A stretch of 64,000 nucleotides of DNA from Clostridiales bacterium (GTDB taxonomy: Bacteria; Bacillota; Clostridia; Saccharofermentanales; Saccharofermentanaceae). The position numbers and the translations under genes were made by a program. Shown here one piece after another: positions 8,684 through 18,319 of the stretch (the stretch's first letter is position 1; every line of letters starts with the position of its first letter). Below the pieces are notes generated by a model. It saw only the letters and a list, made by a program, of their open reading frames with translations, made no database searches and was not told the DNA's origin. The DNA is taken from NCBI GenBank assembly GCA_017513085.1, contig JAFWDK010000003.1, positions 1 through 64,000 on the forward strand, given 5' to 3'.

Positions 8684-11383
8684 TCACGACTCCGTGCCCT
8701 GATACTTCAATGCAGCATATTTGCGCATCGTCAATGCCACCTGCGCATCGATCGTCTGGATCAGTTCTTTTTCCGGACGCGCGGTATAATAGCCCTGGAT
8801 CAGGTCGACGCCAAGTGAGACGACTGTCTTCAGTTCTTCTTCAGTTTCTACGCCCTCTGCCAATGCCAGGATACCGTTTTCGTGCGAGAACTGGATGATA
8901 TCACGTACGAAGTGCTGTTTCTGCGGACTTTCTTCGATCCGGGTCAGAAGTGATCGGTCGATCTTTACATAGTCCGGACTATAGCGAAGGAGGTTCGATA
9001 TATTGGAGAACCCGGAACCATAGTCATCGACCGCCGTCTTGATATTCATCCGTTCATACATTTCTTTCATCACGGACAGATCTTCGTCAGAGATCTCCGA
9101 ACGTTCCGTCAGTTCCACGACGACAGAATCCGGGTGGTTTTTCACGAAATCTTCTAAAACATGTGAGTCTTCTTCATTGAGCATGCATCCGGCGATCGAG
9201 TTGATGAAGATCTTCTTGCCGCCTGAAAGTTTCGACTCATTTCTTTGCATCAGGCGAAGAACATTAAAGAAAGTCGCGCGTTCGACATCGTAAAGACGAT
9301 CGTAATACTCCGCATACCGCAGGATCTCGAGCGGAGAAACAAACGGCGTGACATCCGCCCTCATCAAGGCTTCATACGCGTAGATCCGTCCGGTCCGAAC
9401 TTCCACAATCGGCTGGAAATGATAAAGCAGTTTATTGTCGTCAAGGATCATGCTGACCACTTTCGCATCATGGATCTCTTTTTCCGTAAGCTCGCGTTTC
9501 TTAAGAAGTTTCTGCGCATTGGCCTTCGCAACATTCTTCTTGCTGATCGCCACATTGACCAACCGTTCCATCTCCTCCGATGAAGACGGGCTTCCGCACT
9601 GGATACCGTAGAAGAACTCGACCGGGCAATCGATACCGGCCTCTTTGACGCGTTCGTCGATGATCTTCAAAAGCCTGTCTTTCTCAGCCAGGATCTCTTC
9701 ATCATCCGGATTTCTGGTACGCCGGATCGCAACCATCTCATCGTTTCCGATGCGGATACACATGCTGTTCTTATTTGAAAAAACCATCTCCAGGGAATTT
9801 GCTGTCAGGATGATGACTTTATCGCCCTCTTTTCTTCCAAGCTTATCGTTGATCTGCGCCAGTCCTTTGATATCGATGGCCAGCGCACCCATATATCCTC
9901 CAGTGTTTCGCATGAGATGCAGAAGCGTCTCCGACTGTTCCAGGAAACCTCTGTAATTCCGAAGCCCCGTCAGGTTATCGATCGTCACGCCCGTCTTGGC
10001 GATCTTACTGCTTCCGATCAAGGCGTCCGATCTCCGGTAAAACTCTATGCCTCGACAAACACTTTTCAGCCAGGCACGATACTGCGGAGAAACAGACATC
10101 AGCCGGTTCCCGTAACTGACCGCGGCATATCCGAAAATACTGTCTTCATAATGAAGAGGCATAAAGAAATAGGCAGCCGGCTGTTCACGTTCTTCATAAA
10201 GCGCGGGCAGCATATCTGTTCTTGCAAAAAAGGAATCGGTCAGGATACGATAGTTGTTTTTTCCTTTGCAGCTGATCGCATGGCGGATCGTATCCTCGAA
10301 TTCCACCTCCGCGCTGCCGAGCGACGGGTTCAGACACAGATCGAAAGATGCGAATCCGATAATGAACGGCAAGGAAAGAAAGATCGTATTCAGAAGACCT
10401 GTAAACGATGACTGACCCAGAAGGTCGTCTTCCATATGATTGATCGGTGAGAACATCGAATTGATCGAAATATCATTGTCCCACTTATCCCGTAATTCAT
10501 AGGTCGGTTTCGCACTATCGCAACCACAGCCGCACGTTCCTCCGATAAAAAGCTTCGGTGTAAAAAGAATGGTCTGCGGTTCTTCTTCCTCTAAATAAGC
10601 ATGAATGGTCAGCGCGGCATTCTGCCCCAGAGTGTAGCATTCCAGATATGCGGAAGTCACAGGGACCGGCGAATGCCTTCCTTCCGATAAAGAATCACAA
10701 CCGACAATAGCGATATCGTCCGGGATCGAAAGACCTTTCTGCGTCAGTTTTTTGGCAAGGCCGATTGCCATACAGTCATTCGCGCACGCCACCGCTTCCG
10801 GAAGTTTCCTGTCACTACTGGTCAGGGTGTCTGCCAGACTTTCCCCGCTCGTATACCAGAAATCTCCGAAGAAGATCCTCTCTTCATCCACCTTGATGCC
10901 ATGCTCGGTAAGCGCATCCTTATACGCCTGAAGACGGATCATGCTATGCGGATGCCAGGATTTTCCGGCAAGGAAAGCAATATCCCGCATGCCGTGCTTT
11001 TCGATCAAATGTGCGATCGTCTGCTTTTCCGCCTGATAGTTATTCGTATGGATCGACGGGAAAAACTTGCTGTCCTGATTCACAAAAAGCACTTTCCCGT
11101 GATAATCCGTTCTCAGGCGGCGTTCGATCTTCGCTACTTCTCCTTCTGTCTGGATCGTATCCGCCATCACGACTACGGCGTCGAACTTGTCAAAAGAGAT
11201 CATGCGGTAGATCGAGGATTCTCCTGTGCATCGGGCATGAGTATTCTGAAACTTGATATACATCGCAAAAATGCAAACGTCATAATCTCTTTGAAATGCT
11301 TCTTTCAGGAAGCCCTTCAGAAATCGTTCCTGGTTATATTCTTCCGGTTGTGCAAGGAGTACAGCTATTCTTTTTCGTGTCAT
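8684..11383 (-). CDS. LacI-type sugar-binding domain + degenerate GGDEF + EAL phosphodiesterase
   Basis: N-terminal 'PEAVACANDCMAIGLAKKL...IPDDIAIVGCD' (LacI/periplasmic-binding fold); GGDEF site reads 'RIGNDEM'; EAL motifs 'YEALMR', 'VDDYGSGFSN', 'KIDRS', 'AEGVET'. Confidence 0.88.
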   Translation of the reverse strand: MTRKRIAVLLAQPEEYNQERFLKGFLKEAFQRDYDVCIFAMYIKFQNTHARCTGESSIYRMISFDKFDAVVVMADTIQTEGEVAKIERRLRTDYHGKVLFVNQDSKFFPSIHTNNYQAEKQTIAHLIEKHGMRDIAFLAGKSWHPHSMIRLQAYKDALTEHGIKVDEERIFFGDFWYTSGESLADTLTSSDRKLPEAVACANDCMAIGLAKKLTQKGLSIPDDIAIVGCDSLSEGRHSPVPVTSAYLECYTLGQNAALTIHAYLEEEEPQTILFTPKLFIGGTCGCGCDSAKPTYELRDKWDNDISINSMFSPINHMEDDLLGQSSFTGLLNTIFLSLPFIIGFASFDLCLNPSLGSAEVEFEDTIRHAISCKGKNNYRILTDSFFARTDMLPALYEEREQPAAYFFMPLHYEDSIFGYAAVSYGNRLMSVSPQYRAWLKSVCRGIEFYRRSDALIGSSKIAKTGVTIDNLTGLRNYRGFLEQSETLLHLMRNTGGYMGALAIDIKGLAQINDKLGRKEGDKVIILTANSLEMVFSNKNSMCIRIGNDEMVAIRRTRNPDDEEILAEKDRLLKIIDERVKEAGIDCPVEFFYGIQCGSPSSSEEMERLVNVAISKKNVAKANAQKLLKKRELTEKEIHDAKVVSMILDDNKLLYHFQPIVEVRTGRIYAYEALMRADVTPFVSPLEILRYAEYYDRLYDVERATFFNVLRLMQRNESKLSGGKKIFINSIAGCMLNEEDSHVLEDFVKNHPDSVVVELTERSEISDEDLSVMKEMYERMNIKTAVDDYGSGFSNISNLLRYSPDYVKIDRSLLTRIEESPQKQHFVRDIIQFSHENGILALAEGVETEEELKTVVSLGVDLIQGYYTARPEKELIQTIDAQVALTMRKYAALKYQGTES

Positions 11384-11455
11384 AAACAAATTACCTTCGT
11401 TGTCATATCCAATCTGATATCAAACAGTCCGGCCGGTCTTCTCCGGCCGATGGTT

Positions 11456-12850
11456 TTAACCAAGTCTTCTCTTGATATCAGGATGGTTCTGATAGTATTG
11501 TTCCTTGTCCTCATACATACGCTCGTCAGCGGTCTTCAATACATCCACGATATTGTTGGAATTCTCCGCAAAGCAGAAACCCATGGCAAAAGATACATTG
11601 TCGAATTTCTCAGCATTCTTTTTGGCCTGTTCGCACATCTCTTTGATCTCAGCCTCGGAGGTTTCCGTCACGAATACCATAAACTCATCGCCTCCGGCGC
11701 GATATACATCGTGACCACGGAAAGAATTCTGAAGCACATTCGCTCCGTTCTTCAGAAGAAGGTCCCCGGCCGGATGTCCTTCGTTATCGTTAATACGCTT
11801 CAGACCATTCATATCGACAAACACGATGCCGAAATTATAGATCGTATTCGTTCCGGGCACACGAAGCGCGTCGATACGGTTATTCATCTCATTACGGTTA
11901 TAAACTCCGGTAAGCATATCGATAGTACTCAGGATCCTCAACCGTTCCATAAGTTCATGGTTTTCAATCTCCGCCGCCAGGAAGAACGTAGTAAGCTCAA
12001 GCGTTTCCTTGATCTTTACCGTATTCTCGGTATTAAAATTCAGCGCCCAGATATATCCAAGCGTCACCTCTCCACGCTTGATCGGGAAAAGCACAAGGCT
12101 TTGGATCTCAAAATCCAGTAGTGTCCGGTGCCACATCGGATCTCTTTTCTTGATTTCTTCCATGTCGTGCGCATCTTTGATAATGATGCACGTACTCCCT
12201 CGAAGCGTGTTCTTCCAGTTTGAAGCAATCGGATAAAAGCTCTTCTCGATATGCTCCCGGACGCTCTGCTTCGCGCTCTTACTTCTGGCCTCCGCAAGAA
12301 CCGAACACTTCTTCTCTTCATCATCCAAAAGCAATATGCAACATGCATCCGCACCACAGATATCACGAATATCCACGATGACATCATCGACTGATTTCTG
12401 AAAATCCGTCGTGCCACGCAGCTTGATGCAGGTCTCCAGGACCCGGGCGGCCGCCTCGCCGGAAAGATCCGACATTCTTGAAGAATCAGCCTGCGGCGTA
12501 ACTTCATAAGAATAGATGCAATACCCCATGTTTTCCTGATCCGACTCCAACGGAATCATAAACATGTTGAGCCACAATCCCATCTGGTAAAGATTCACAT
12601 ATGTATGCATAGGCGAACCGCCGATCGCACACCGGTAGCAAAAATCTTCAAAATTCATATCTTTCGGGAAGCACATCTCATACGGACAACCCGGCACGAA
12701 CGGATGTCCTGTCAGATTCAGAATATCATCACAGTGAGCCTTATTGCCCGATACGACCCGGATATTACCGTAGTGATCCTCATCGATCTTTTCAATAGAA
12801 AGCACGCAAGTCTTGGTCTTATACTTCTTAAGGATCTCATCAAAAGCCAT
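11456..12850 (-). CDS. GAF-domain diguanylate cyclase
   Basis: 'DMLTGVYNR', 'DMNGLKRINDNEGHPAGD', intact 'RAGGDEF'; start at ATG 12850 with GGAGG RBS. Confidence 0.88.
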   Translation of the reverse strand: MAFDEILKKYKTKTCVLSIEKIDEDHYGNIRVVSGNKAHCDDILNLTGHPFVPGCPYEMCFPKDMNFEDFCYRCAIGGSPMHTYVNLYQMGLWLNMFMIPLESDQENMGYCIYSYEVTPQADSSRMSDLSGEAAARVLETCIKLRGTTDFQKSVDDVIVDIRDICGADACCILLLDDEEKKCSVLAEARSKSAKQSVREHIEKSFYPIASNWKNTLRGSTCIIIKDAHDMEEIKKRDPMWHRTLLDFEIQSLVLFPIKRGEVTLGYIWALNFNTENTVKIKETLELTTFFLAAEIENHELMERLRILSTIDMLTGVYNRNEMNNRIDALRVPGTNTIYNFGIVFVDMNGLKRINDNEGHPAGDLLLKNGANVLQNSFRGHDVYRAGGDEFMVFVTETSEAEIKEMCEQAKKNAEKFDNVSFAMGFCFAENSNNIVDVLKTADERMYEDKEQYYQNHPDIKRRLG

Positions 12851-13032
12851 ACTTCGCCCTCCCAAAAGCACGCAAGAATGAATCATCACATTCATCCTGT
12901 TTTAATTCCTCAATATTTATTATAGAACTCTGAAAACCGATTTCCACATATTCCAAAAGGTTTAACAGTATTTTTACAGACTGTTCCGCAATCCCCACGT
13001 CCGTGTGCGGGAGAGTGTGATCAGCCGGATAC

Positions 13033-13099
13033 AAAAAAGAAGAGGCGGCCTCAAAAGCAAGGAAGTGGACCCACTTTCCTGTTTCAAGGCCGCCTCTTC
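13033..13099 (-). terminator. Intrinsic terminator after trpB2
   Basis: 13-bp stem GAAGAGGCGGCCT / AGGCCGCCTCTTC with an inner hairpin, followed by T6 on the minus strand. Confidence 0.7.
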
Positions 13100-13124
13100 A
13101 AAGACGCAATAAAATATCGCGGAA

Positions 13125-14495
13125 TCAGTCGATCTTCGGCAGATTGGCTGCGTACTTTGCCAATTCCTCATCGGTCGGGATGTAATCATCCATCTGACCA
13201 TCGTGGAACTTCTGGTAAGCAACCAGGTCGAAGTAACCTGTACCGGTGAGACCGAATACGATCGTCTTCTCTTCGCCTGTTTCTTTGCACTTAAGCGCTT
13301 CATCGATCGCTGCACGGATCGCATGAGAGCTCTCCGGTGCCGGGAGGATACCCTCGACACGGGCAAACATTTCAGCCGCTTCAAATACATCTGTCTGCTT
13401 CACGGAACGAGCTTCCATGTAACCATCGTGGTAAAGCTGGGACAGTGTCGAGCTCATGCCGTGATAACGGAGACCGCCGGCGTGGTTCGGAGCAGGAATA
13501 AAGTCGGAACCCAGTGTGTACATCTTCGCGAGCGGGCAAACCATACCGGTATCGCAGAAGTCGTAAGCGTATACACCACGAGTAAAGCTCGGGCAGGAAG
13601 CCGGCTCAACAGCGATGATGCGGTAATCCGCTTCGCCTCTGAGTTTCTCGCCCATAAACGGAGCGATGAGACCGCCGAGGTTGGATCCACCGCCGGCGCA
13701 ACCGATGATGATGTCCGGCTTTACGCCGAGTTTATCAAGAGCGGCCTTCGTCTCAAGACCGATCACGGACTGATGCAGCAGTACCTGGTTCAGAACAGAA
13801 CCGAGCACATAACGGTATCCCGGTGTGCCGACAGCCACTTCAACCGCCTCGGAAATCGCGCAACCCAGAGAACCGGTCGTACCCGGGTGCTTGGCAAGGA
13901 TCGCACGACCGACATTGGTCGTCTCGGACGGAGAAGGTGTAACGGATGCGCCGTATGTGCGCATTACTTCACGACGGAACGGCTTCTGCTCATAGGAAAC
14001 TTTAACCATGTACACTTTGCAATCCAGATCAAAGTAAGAGCATGCCATGGAAAGAGCAGTACCCCACTGGCCGGCACCGGTCTCGGTGGTTACGCCCTTA
14101 AGGCCCTGTTTCTTTGCGTAGTAAGCCTGCGCGATCGCGGAGTTCAGTTTGTGGGATCCGCTGGTGTTGTTACCTTCGAACTTGTAATAGATCTTCGCCG
14201 GTGTGCCAAGCTTCTTCTCGAGGAAGTAAGCACGTACCAGCGGAGATGGACGATACATCTTGTAGAAATCGAGGATCTCAGCCGGGATCGGGAAAAATGC
14301 TGTGTCGTTATCCAGTTCCTGCTTAATGAGTTCTTCGCAGAATACCGGAGCCAGTTCTTCTGCCTTCATCGGCTGGTGCGTGCCCGGATTCAGAAGCGGA
14401 GCCGGCTTATTCTTCATGTCGGCGCGCATGTTGTACCAAGCTGTTGGGATCTCGTTTTCATTCAGATAAGTTTTGTAAGGAATTTTCTCAGACAT
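13125..14495 (-). CDS. trpB2: Tryptophan synthase beta chain 2 (TrpB2)
   Basis: 456 aa; 'SGSHKLNSA' (PLP lysine), 'TETGAGQWG', 'GGGSN', 'HAGGLRYHG', 'PAPESSHA'; no trpA adjacent. Confidence 0.93.
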   Translation of the reverse strand: MSEKIPYKTYLNENEIPTAWYNMRADMKNKPAPLLNPGTHQPMKAEELAPVFCEELIKQELDNDTAFFPIPAEILDFYKMYRPSPLVRAYFLEKKLGTPAKIYYKFEGNNTSGSHKLNSAIAQAYYAKKQGLKGVTTETGAGQWGTALSMACSYFDLDCKVYMVKVSYEQKPFRREVMRTYGASVTPSPSETTNVGRAILAKHPGTTGSLGCAISEAVEVAVGTPGYRYVLGSVLNQVLLHQSVIGLETKAALDKLGVKPDIIIGCAGGGSNLGGLIAPFMGEKLRGEADYRIIAVEPASCPSFTRGVYAYDFCDTGMVCPLAKMYTLGSDFIPAPNHAGGLRYHGMSSTLSQLYHDGYMEARSVKQTDVFEAAEMFARVEGILPAPESSHAIRAAIDEALKCKETGEEKTIVFGLTGTGYFDLVAYQKFHDGQMDDYIPTDEELAKYAANLPKID

Positions 14496-14602
14496 TTTTT
14501 GTCTCCTTTCGTATTGGGCTCACGCCCGAATTTCATTTGAACCATCCGATGTGCGATTATTCATCTGACGATCCTTGGGACAAAATCCTGTTTCTTGCCG
14601 GA

Positions 14603-14902
14603 AAAACAAAAATCCCGCCCCAGCTTCTATATTCTTGCTGGGACAGGAACGATATTCTTTCCTGCGGTGCCACCCGGCTTGATGGACTCTGTTCTCACTT
14701 CGTCCATCCTCTCACGCATACCGACATATGCTGGTCATTGTTGACGGGGTACCTCTCCCCGGCGCAGATACTCGTTCACGAAGAACTTTCCCCTTGCCCT
14801 CGGAAGTCCATTCACCTCTGCTCTTTCCTGCTGCACTCTCACCTTCTGCAACTCTCTGGATGGATCGAATCAAAGACTACTCACTCTTCCTCGACGGTTT
14901 TT
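14603..14902 (-). ncRNA. T-box riboswitch with Trp (UGG) specifier
   Basis: Minus strand shows AGUAG, AGAGAG and GGUGAGA stem I motifs, specifier GAA-UGG-AC (UGG = 14810-14808), T-box AAGCCGGGUGGCACCGCAG (14680-14662), and a terminator CCCAGC...GCUGGG with a U-run. Confidence 0.92.
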
Positions 14903-14932
14903 CTGCATAATACCACTTGCCTCGGCGGAAAG

Positions 14933-15850
14933 TCAAGACACAAGTTCTTTTTCCGGAAACGTAATGCAGATCGTCAGTATCTCGTCTTTCCAGGAAGCGC
15001 TGCAGGAACCGTGCATCTTTTCCACAAGTTTCTTGGCGATCGCAAGTCCCAGTCCGGTGTTACTGGTGCTTCTGACCTTATCCTTTGTGAAATACTTCTC
15101 GAAAATGTGCTTCGCATCTTCTTCCGTGATATTCGTGGCGCGGTTGGAAAAGCGAAAACAGAACCGTCCCGTCTCCGGGTCTTTCCGCAGGGAGATCTGA
15201 AAATCTCCCTCTCCGTGCGCCAGGCCATTAGAGATGATGTTGGAAAAGATCCGCTTCACGGCGTCCGTATCGCCCAGGACCGGCATGACTTTTTCCTCGA
15301 TCTCCACCTGCATCTCGTAGTTTTTCTTTTCAAAATCGCCATAGTACATCGCCAGCACCGAGGTCAGGACCTTTCGGATATCCACCTCTTCTTCGTTCCA
15401 GCCGAGCGAATCCGACTCCAATCTCGCGAAGAAGAAAAGCTGGTCCACCAGATTCCGCGACGTCTCAAAACGCTCTTCGACCACATTGAGATAGCGTAGC
15501 TTCTCTTCATCCGTCAGATCCATGTCTTTCAGCATGCCGGTATAGCCGCTCGCCGCCGTAAGCGGGGTGCGAAGATCGTGGGAGATCTCCGCCAGACTCT
15601 CGCGCACCTCGCGGCTCTTTTTTTCCGCCGTAACAACTTTTGAACGAAGCTCACGCATCTCGCCGTTTATGGAATTGATCAAGGGATTCAGCATCTTCTG
15701 CCCACTGCTGTTTCTCACAAGCTGATTCGTCTCTTCGTGGGACATCTCCTGTACCTGCGAAGCGATATTCCGAAGCGCCAGACGCAACCGGACCAGGTAG
15801 ATCAGAAGAAACAGCGAAAGCAAGGAAAGACCGATCACCAGATAAATCAT
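14933..15850 (-). CDS. Sensor histidine kinase (single N-terminal TM)
   Basis: 'ISHDLRTPLT', 'NIISNGLAHG', 'TGLGLAIAKKLVEKMHG'. Confidence 0.92.
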   Translation of the reverse strand: MIYLVIGLSLLSLFLLIYLVRLRLALRNIASQVQEMSHEETNQLVRNSSGQKMLNPLINSINGEMRELRSKVVTAEKKSREVRESLAEISHDLRTPLTAASGYTGMLKDMDLTDEEKLRYLNVVEERFETSRNLVDQLFFFARLESDSLGWNEEEVDIRKVLTSVLAMYYGDFEKKNYEMQVEIEEKVMPVLGDTDAVKRIFSNIISNGLAHGEGDFQISLRKDPETGRFCFRFSNRATNITEEDAKHIFEKYFTKDKVRSTSNTGLGLAIAKKLVEKMHGSCSASWKDEILTICITFPEKELVS

Positions 15851-16545
15851 TTCCCTGCCTCCGAAAGCTTATAGCCGATCCCCCAGACCGTCTTGATATA
15901 GTCCTCCGCGCCACCCGCTGCGGAAAGTTTCTTTCGGATATTGCTGACATGCACGTTGACGGAATTATCTTCGGGAATGTAGCTATCGCCCCAGATCGTC
16001 TCGAATATATTCTCTTTCGTAAATACTTTCTGCGGATAGCGCACCATCAGTGCCAGGATCTCGTATTCCTTCTTCGTCAGTTCCACTTCGTTGCCGGAAA
16101 CAGTCACCCTATGGTTCTCCGGTTCGATGGAAATATCACGGAAAACAAGTGCTTTTGACTCCGAAGCAAAAGCACTTGCCGATGCGGCCGATCTTCGAAG
16201 CAGGGCTTCGACGCGCACCAGGAATTCTTCGTAGTGAAATGGTTTCACAAGATAGTCGTCCGCGCCAAGCTTCATGAGTTTGACCTTGGACTCAACGGAA
16301 TCGACCGCCGTCACGCAAAGGATCGCCGTATTCTTCTCATCGCGGATCTTTTTCAGCACCTCGTCACCGGGAAGTCCCGGGAGCATCAGGTCAAGAACGA
16401 TCAGGTCAAATGTATCACGCTCGACATGGATCAGCGCTTCTGTACCCGAAAAGGCGGATACTGTCTCGTACCCGCTTTTTTCGAGGAGATCTTTTTCCAT
16501 CTGGTGGATCTCCATGTTATCTTCGATGATCAGTATTCTTGCCAT
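15847..16545 (-). CDS. OmpR-family response regulator
   Basis: Start MARILIIED at 16545; 'LDLMLPG', 'GADDYLVKPF', 'IKTVWGIGY'. Confidence 0.93.
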   Translation of the reverse strand: MARILIIEDNMEIHQMEKDLLEKSGYETVSAFSGTEALIHVERDTFDLIVLDLMLPGLPGDEVLKKIRDEKNTAILCVTAVDSVESKVKLMKLGADDYLVKPFHYEEFLVRVEALLRRSAASASAFASESKALVFRDISIEPENHRVTVSGNEVELTKKEYEILALMVRYPQKVFTKENIFETIWGDSYIPEDNSVNVHVSNIRKKLSAAGGAEDYIKTVWGIGYKLSEAGK

Positions 16546-16568
16546 ACTTTCCTTTCCGGGGTGACCCG

Positions 16569-17306
16569 TCAGTATTCTTTTTTCTTCACCACTATTATAC
16601 TCAAAATCGTGAAAATGATTCCTGCAACAATAAAAGCGATGGCGCAGTAGATCCTGGGGCATGTCTTGTGATCATGCAAAAAGATATTATTGAATACGGA
16701 AATCAGATCGATCGGATATTGTTTCATGGATCTTGTCGCAAACGACGAGGCCAGCAGTTCCGAAAGCGACGGCGTCACGATAGCAAGCGGAACCGTAATG
16801 GTGGCTCTTTTCGTAAGGCATGCGATGAACATTAAATACGCAGTGTAGAAGAATGCCATAGCGGCTGTTGCAAGAAGGAGCCATAGCAGCGTTCTCCACT
16901 CGTCAAGTCCGGCCTTCCCAAAGCTGATGGTAGCGAAACCGAAAAGTGACAAATAGTAAAACAGAATCACGATCATGCAAAAGAGAAATACGGAGATCAG
17001 TGTTCCCATCGTATAGCTGAGCCTGCCGGTTCCTTTACCTATGATCTGCCGGATACTTTGGGTAGTAAAATCCGAGCAGATCAAAAGTGAGGCCAGGATC
17101 CCGATGACCACAAAAACAAAACCGCCGTCAAGAACGCCTGTCAATGCTTGAACTCCGGTAATGGTGACATCCGCCGGAGCATTGCTCACCTGAGTGTCTG
17201 CCAATCGATAGAATACAAACGCCAGACACGGCATGAGGATCATCATTACAAAAAAAGCACTGCTTCGAAGATACTTAAAACTCTGGCTGGAGATAACGTT
17301 ATTCAT
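16569..17306 (-). CDS. ABC-2 type permease (BcrB/lantibiotic-immunity-like)
   Basis: About 6 hydrophobic segments; start MNNVISS at 17306 overlaps the end of the ATPase gene. Confidence 0.75.
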   Translation of the reverse strand: MNNVISSQSFKYLRSSAFFVMMILMPCLAFVFYRLADTQVSNAPADVTITGVQALTGVLDGGFVFVVIGILASLLICSDFTTQSIRQIIGKGTGRLSYTMGTLISVFLFCMIVILFYYLSLFGFATISFGKAGLDEWRTLLWLLLATAAMAFFYTAYLMFIACLTKRATITVPLAIVTPSLSELLASSFATRSMKQYPIDLISVFNNIFLHDHKTCPRIYCAIAFIVAGIIFTILSIIVVKKKEY

Positions 17307-18207
17307 GATCCGCACCTCCCATTTTCTCAACAAAATACGCTTCGAGATCCTGTCCGACAACGCGGATGCTTTCCGCGTAGATCCCTTTTGAAGCGAGCGT
17401 GGCATTGATATTTCCACTCAAAGAAGTATCGCAGAATACCTGAACTTTCTGATCCGGCAGGATCTTATAGTTTCTAAGTTCCATCTCTTCAAGCACGACG
17501 GCAACGGCTTTGGCATCCTGTGCGTCGATCTGGATCGCCTGCCGCGTCTTTTCGAGAAGTTCTTCGTGAGAAATTTCCTCCACGAGCACGCCTTTATCGA
17601 TGATTCCATACCGGGTCGCCAGTCTTTGCAGTTCACCCAGGATATGCGAAGAGATAAGGATCGTAACACCACGCTCCTGATTCAGTTTCAAAAGGAGATT
17701 TCGGATCTCTACGATACCGGTCGGATCGAGTCCATTGACCGGCTCATCCAGGATCAGTATATCCGGGTTCCCGATCAGGGCGATCGCAATACCCAGACGC
17801 TGCTTCATGCCCAGAGAAAGCTTTCTGGCCGTTTTTTTCTTTGCATCAGTAAGTTCCACCAGTTCCAATATTTCTTCGATATTCGAGTTATCGGTGATCC
17901 CCAGAAGTTTATTGTAGAACTTCAGGTTGTTTACCACGCTCATGTCCGTATAAAGTGACGGGCTTTCGATCAGGCATCCGATCCGCTTGATCGTCTTTTT
18001 GTTATCTTTCTCCCCGAAGAATTCATATGTGCCGGATGTCGGTCTGGCAATACCTCCGAGCATTCTCATGATCGTGGTTTTACCGGCACCGTTTCTTCCG
18101 ATCAGACCATAGATGTCTCCCTTTTCCAGTCGCATCGAAACATGGTCTACAACAATGGTACCGCGGTACTTTTTTGTAAGAGAATTTGTTTCTAAAACCA
18201 AACTCAT
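17299..18207 (-). CDS. ABC ATP-binding protein, BcrA-like
   Basis: 'GRNGAGKTT', 'LSLGMKQRLGIA', 'LDEPVNGLDP', 'ISSHILGE'. Confidence 0.9.
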   Translation of the reverse strand: MSLVLETNSLTKKYRGTIVVDHVSMRLEKGDIYGLIGRNGAGKTTIMRMLGGIARPTSGTYEFFGEKDNKKTIKRIGCLIESPSLYTDMSVVNNLKFYNKLLGITDNSNIEEILELVELTDAKKKTARKLSLGMKQRLGIAIALIGNPDILILDEPVNGLDPTGIVEIRNLLLKLNQERGVTILISSHILGELQRLATRYGIIDKGVLVEEISHEELLEKTRQAIQIDAQDAKAVAVVLEEMELRNYKILPDQKVQVFCDTSLSGNINATLASKGIYAESIRVVGQDLEAYFVEKMGGADHE

Positions 18208-18319
18208 CTTCGCAACCTCGCTTTCCTAAGATGATTCTAGTCTACAAGGCATAGGTAAACAAGTCCTTCGAAAAGTCTAAGGAAAACATAAAGTTCGGTA
18301 TGAGATTTTTTCAGAATAC

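Noticed and set aside
10901-12121. 406-aa plus-strand ORF spanning two c-di-GMP genes
   Set aside because: An antisense shadow with no recognisable domain.
13203-14540. 445-aa plus-strand ORF
   Set aside because: Antisense to trpB2.
14444-15499. 351-aa plus-strand ORF across the T-box
   Set aside because: It overlaps the T-box and kinase gene on the opposite strand and has no motifs.
18260-18300. OmpR-type direct repeats upstream of the BcrA-like gene
   Set aside because: The CTTTA/CTTAG-like repeats are too degenerate to support by eye.
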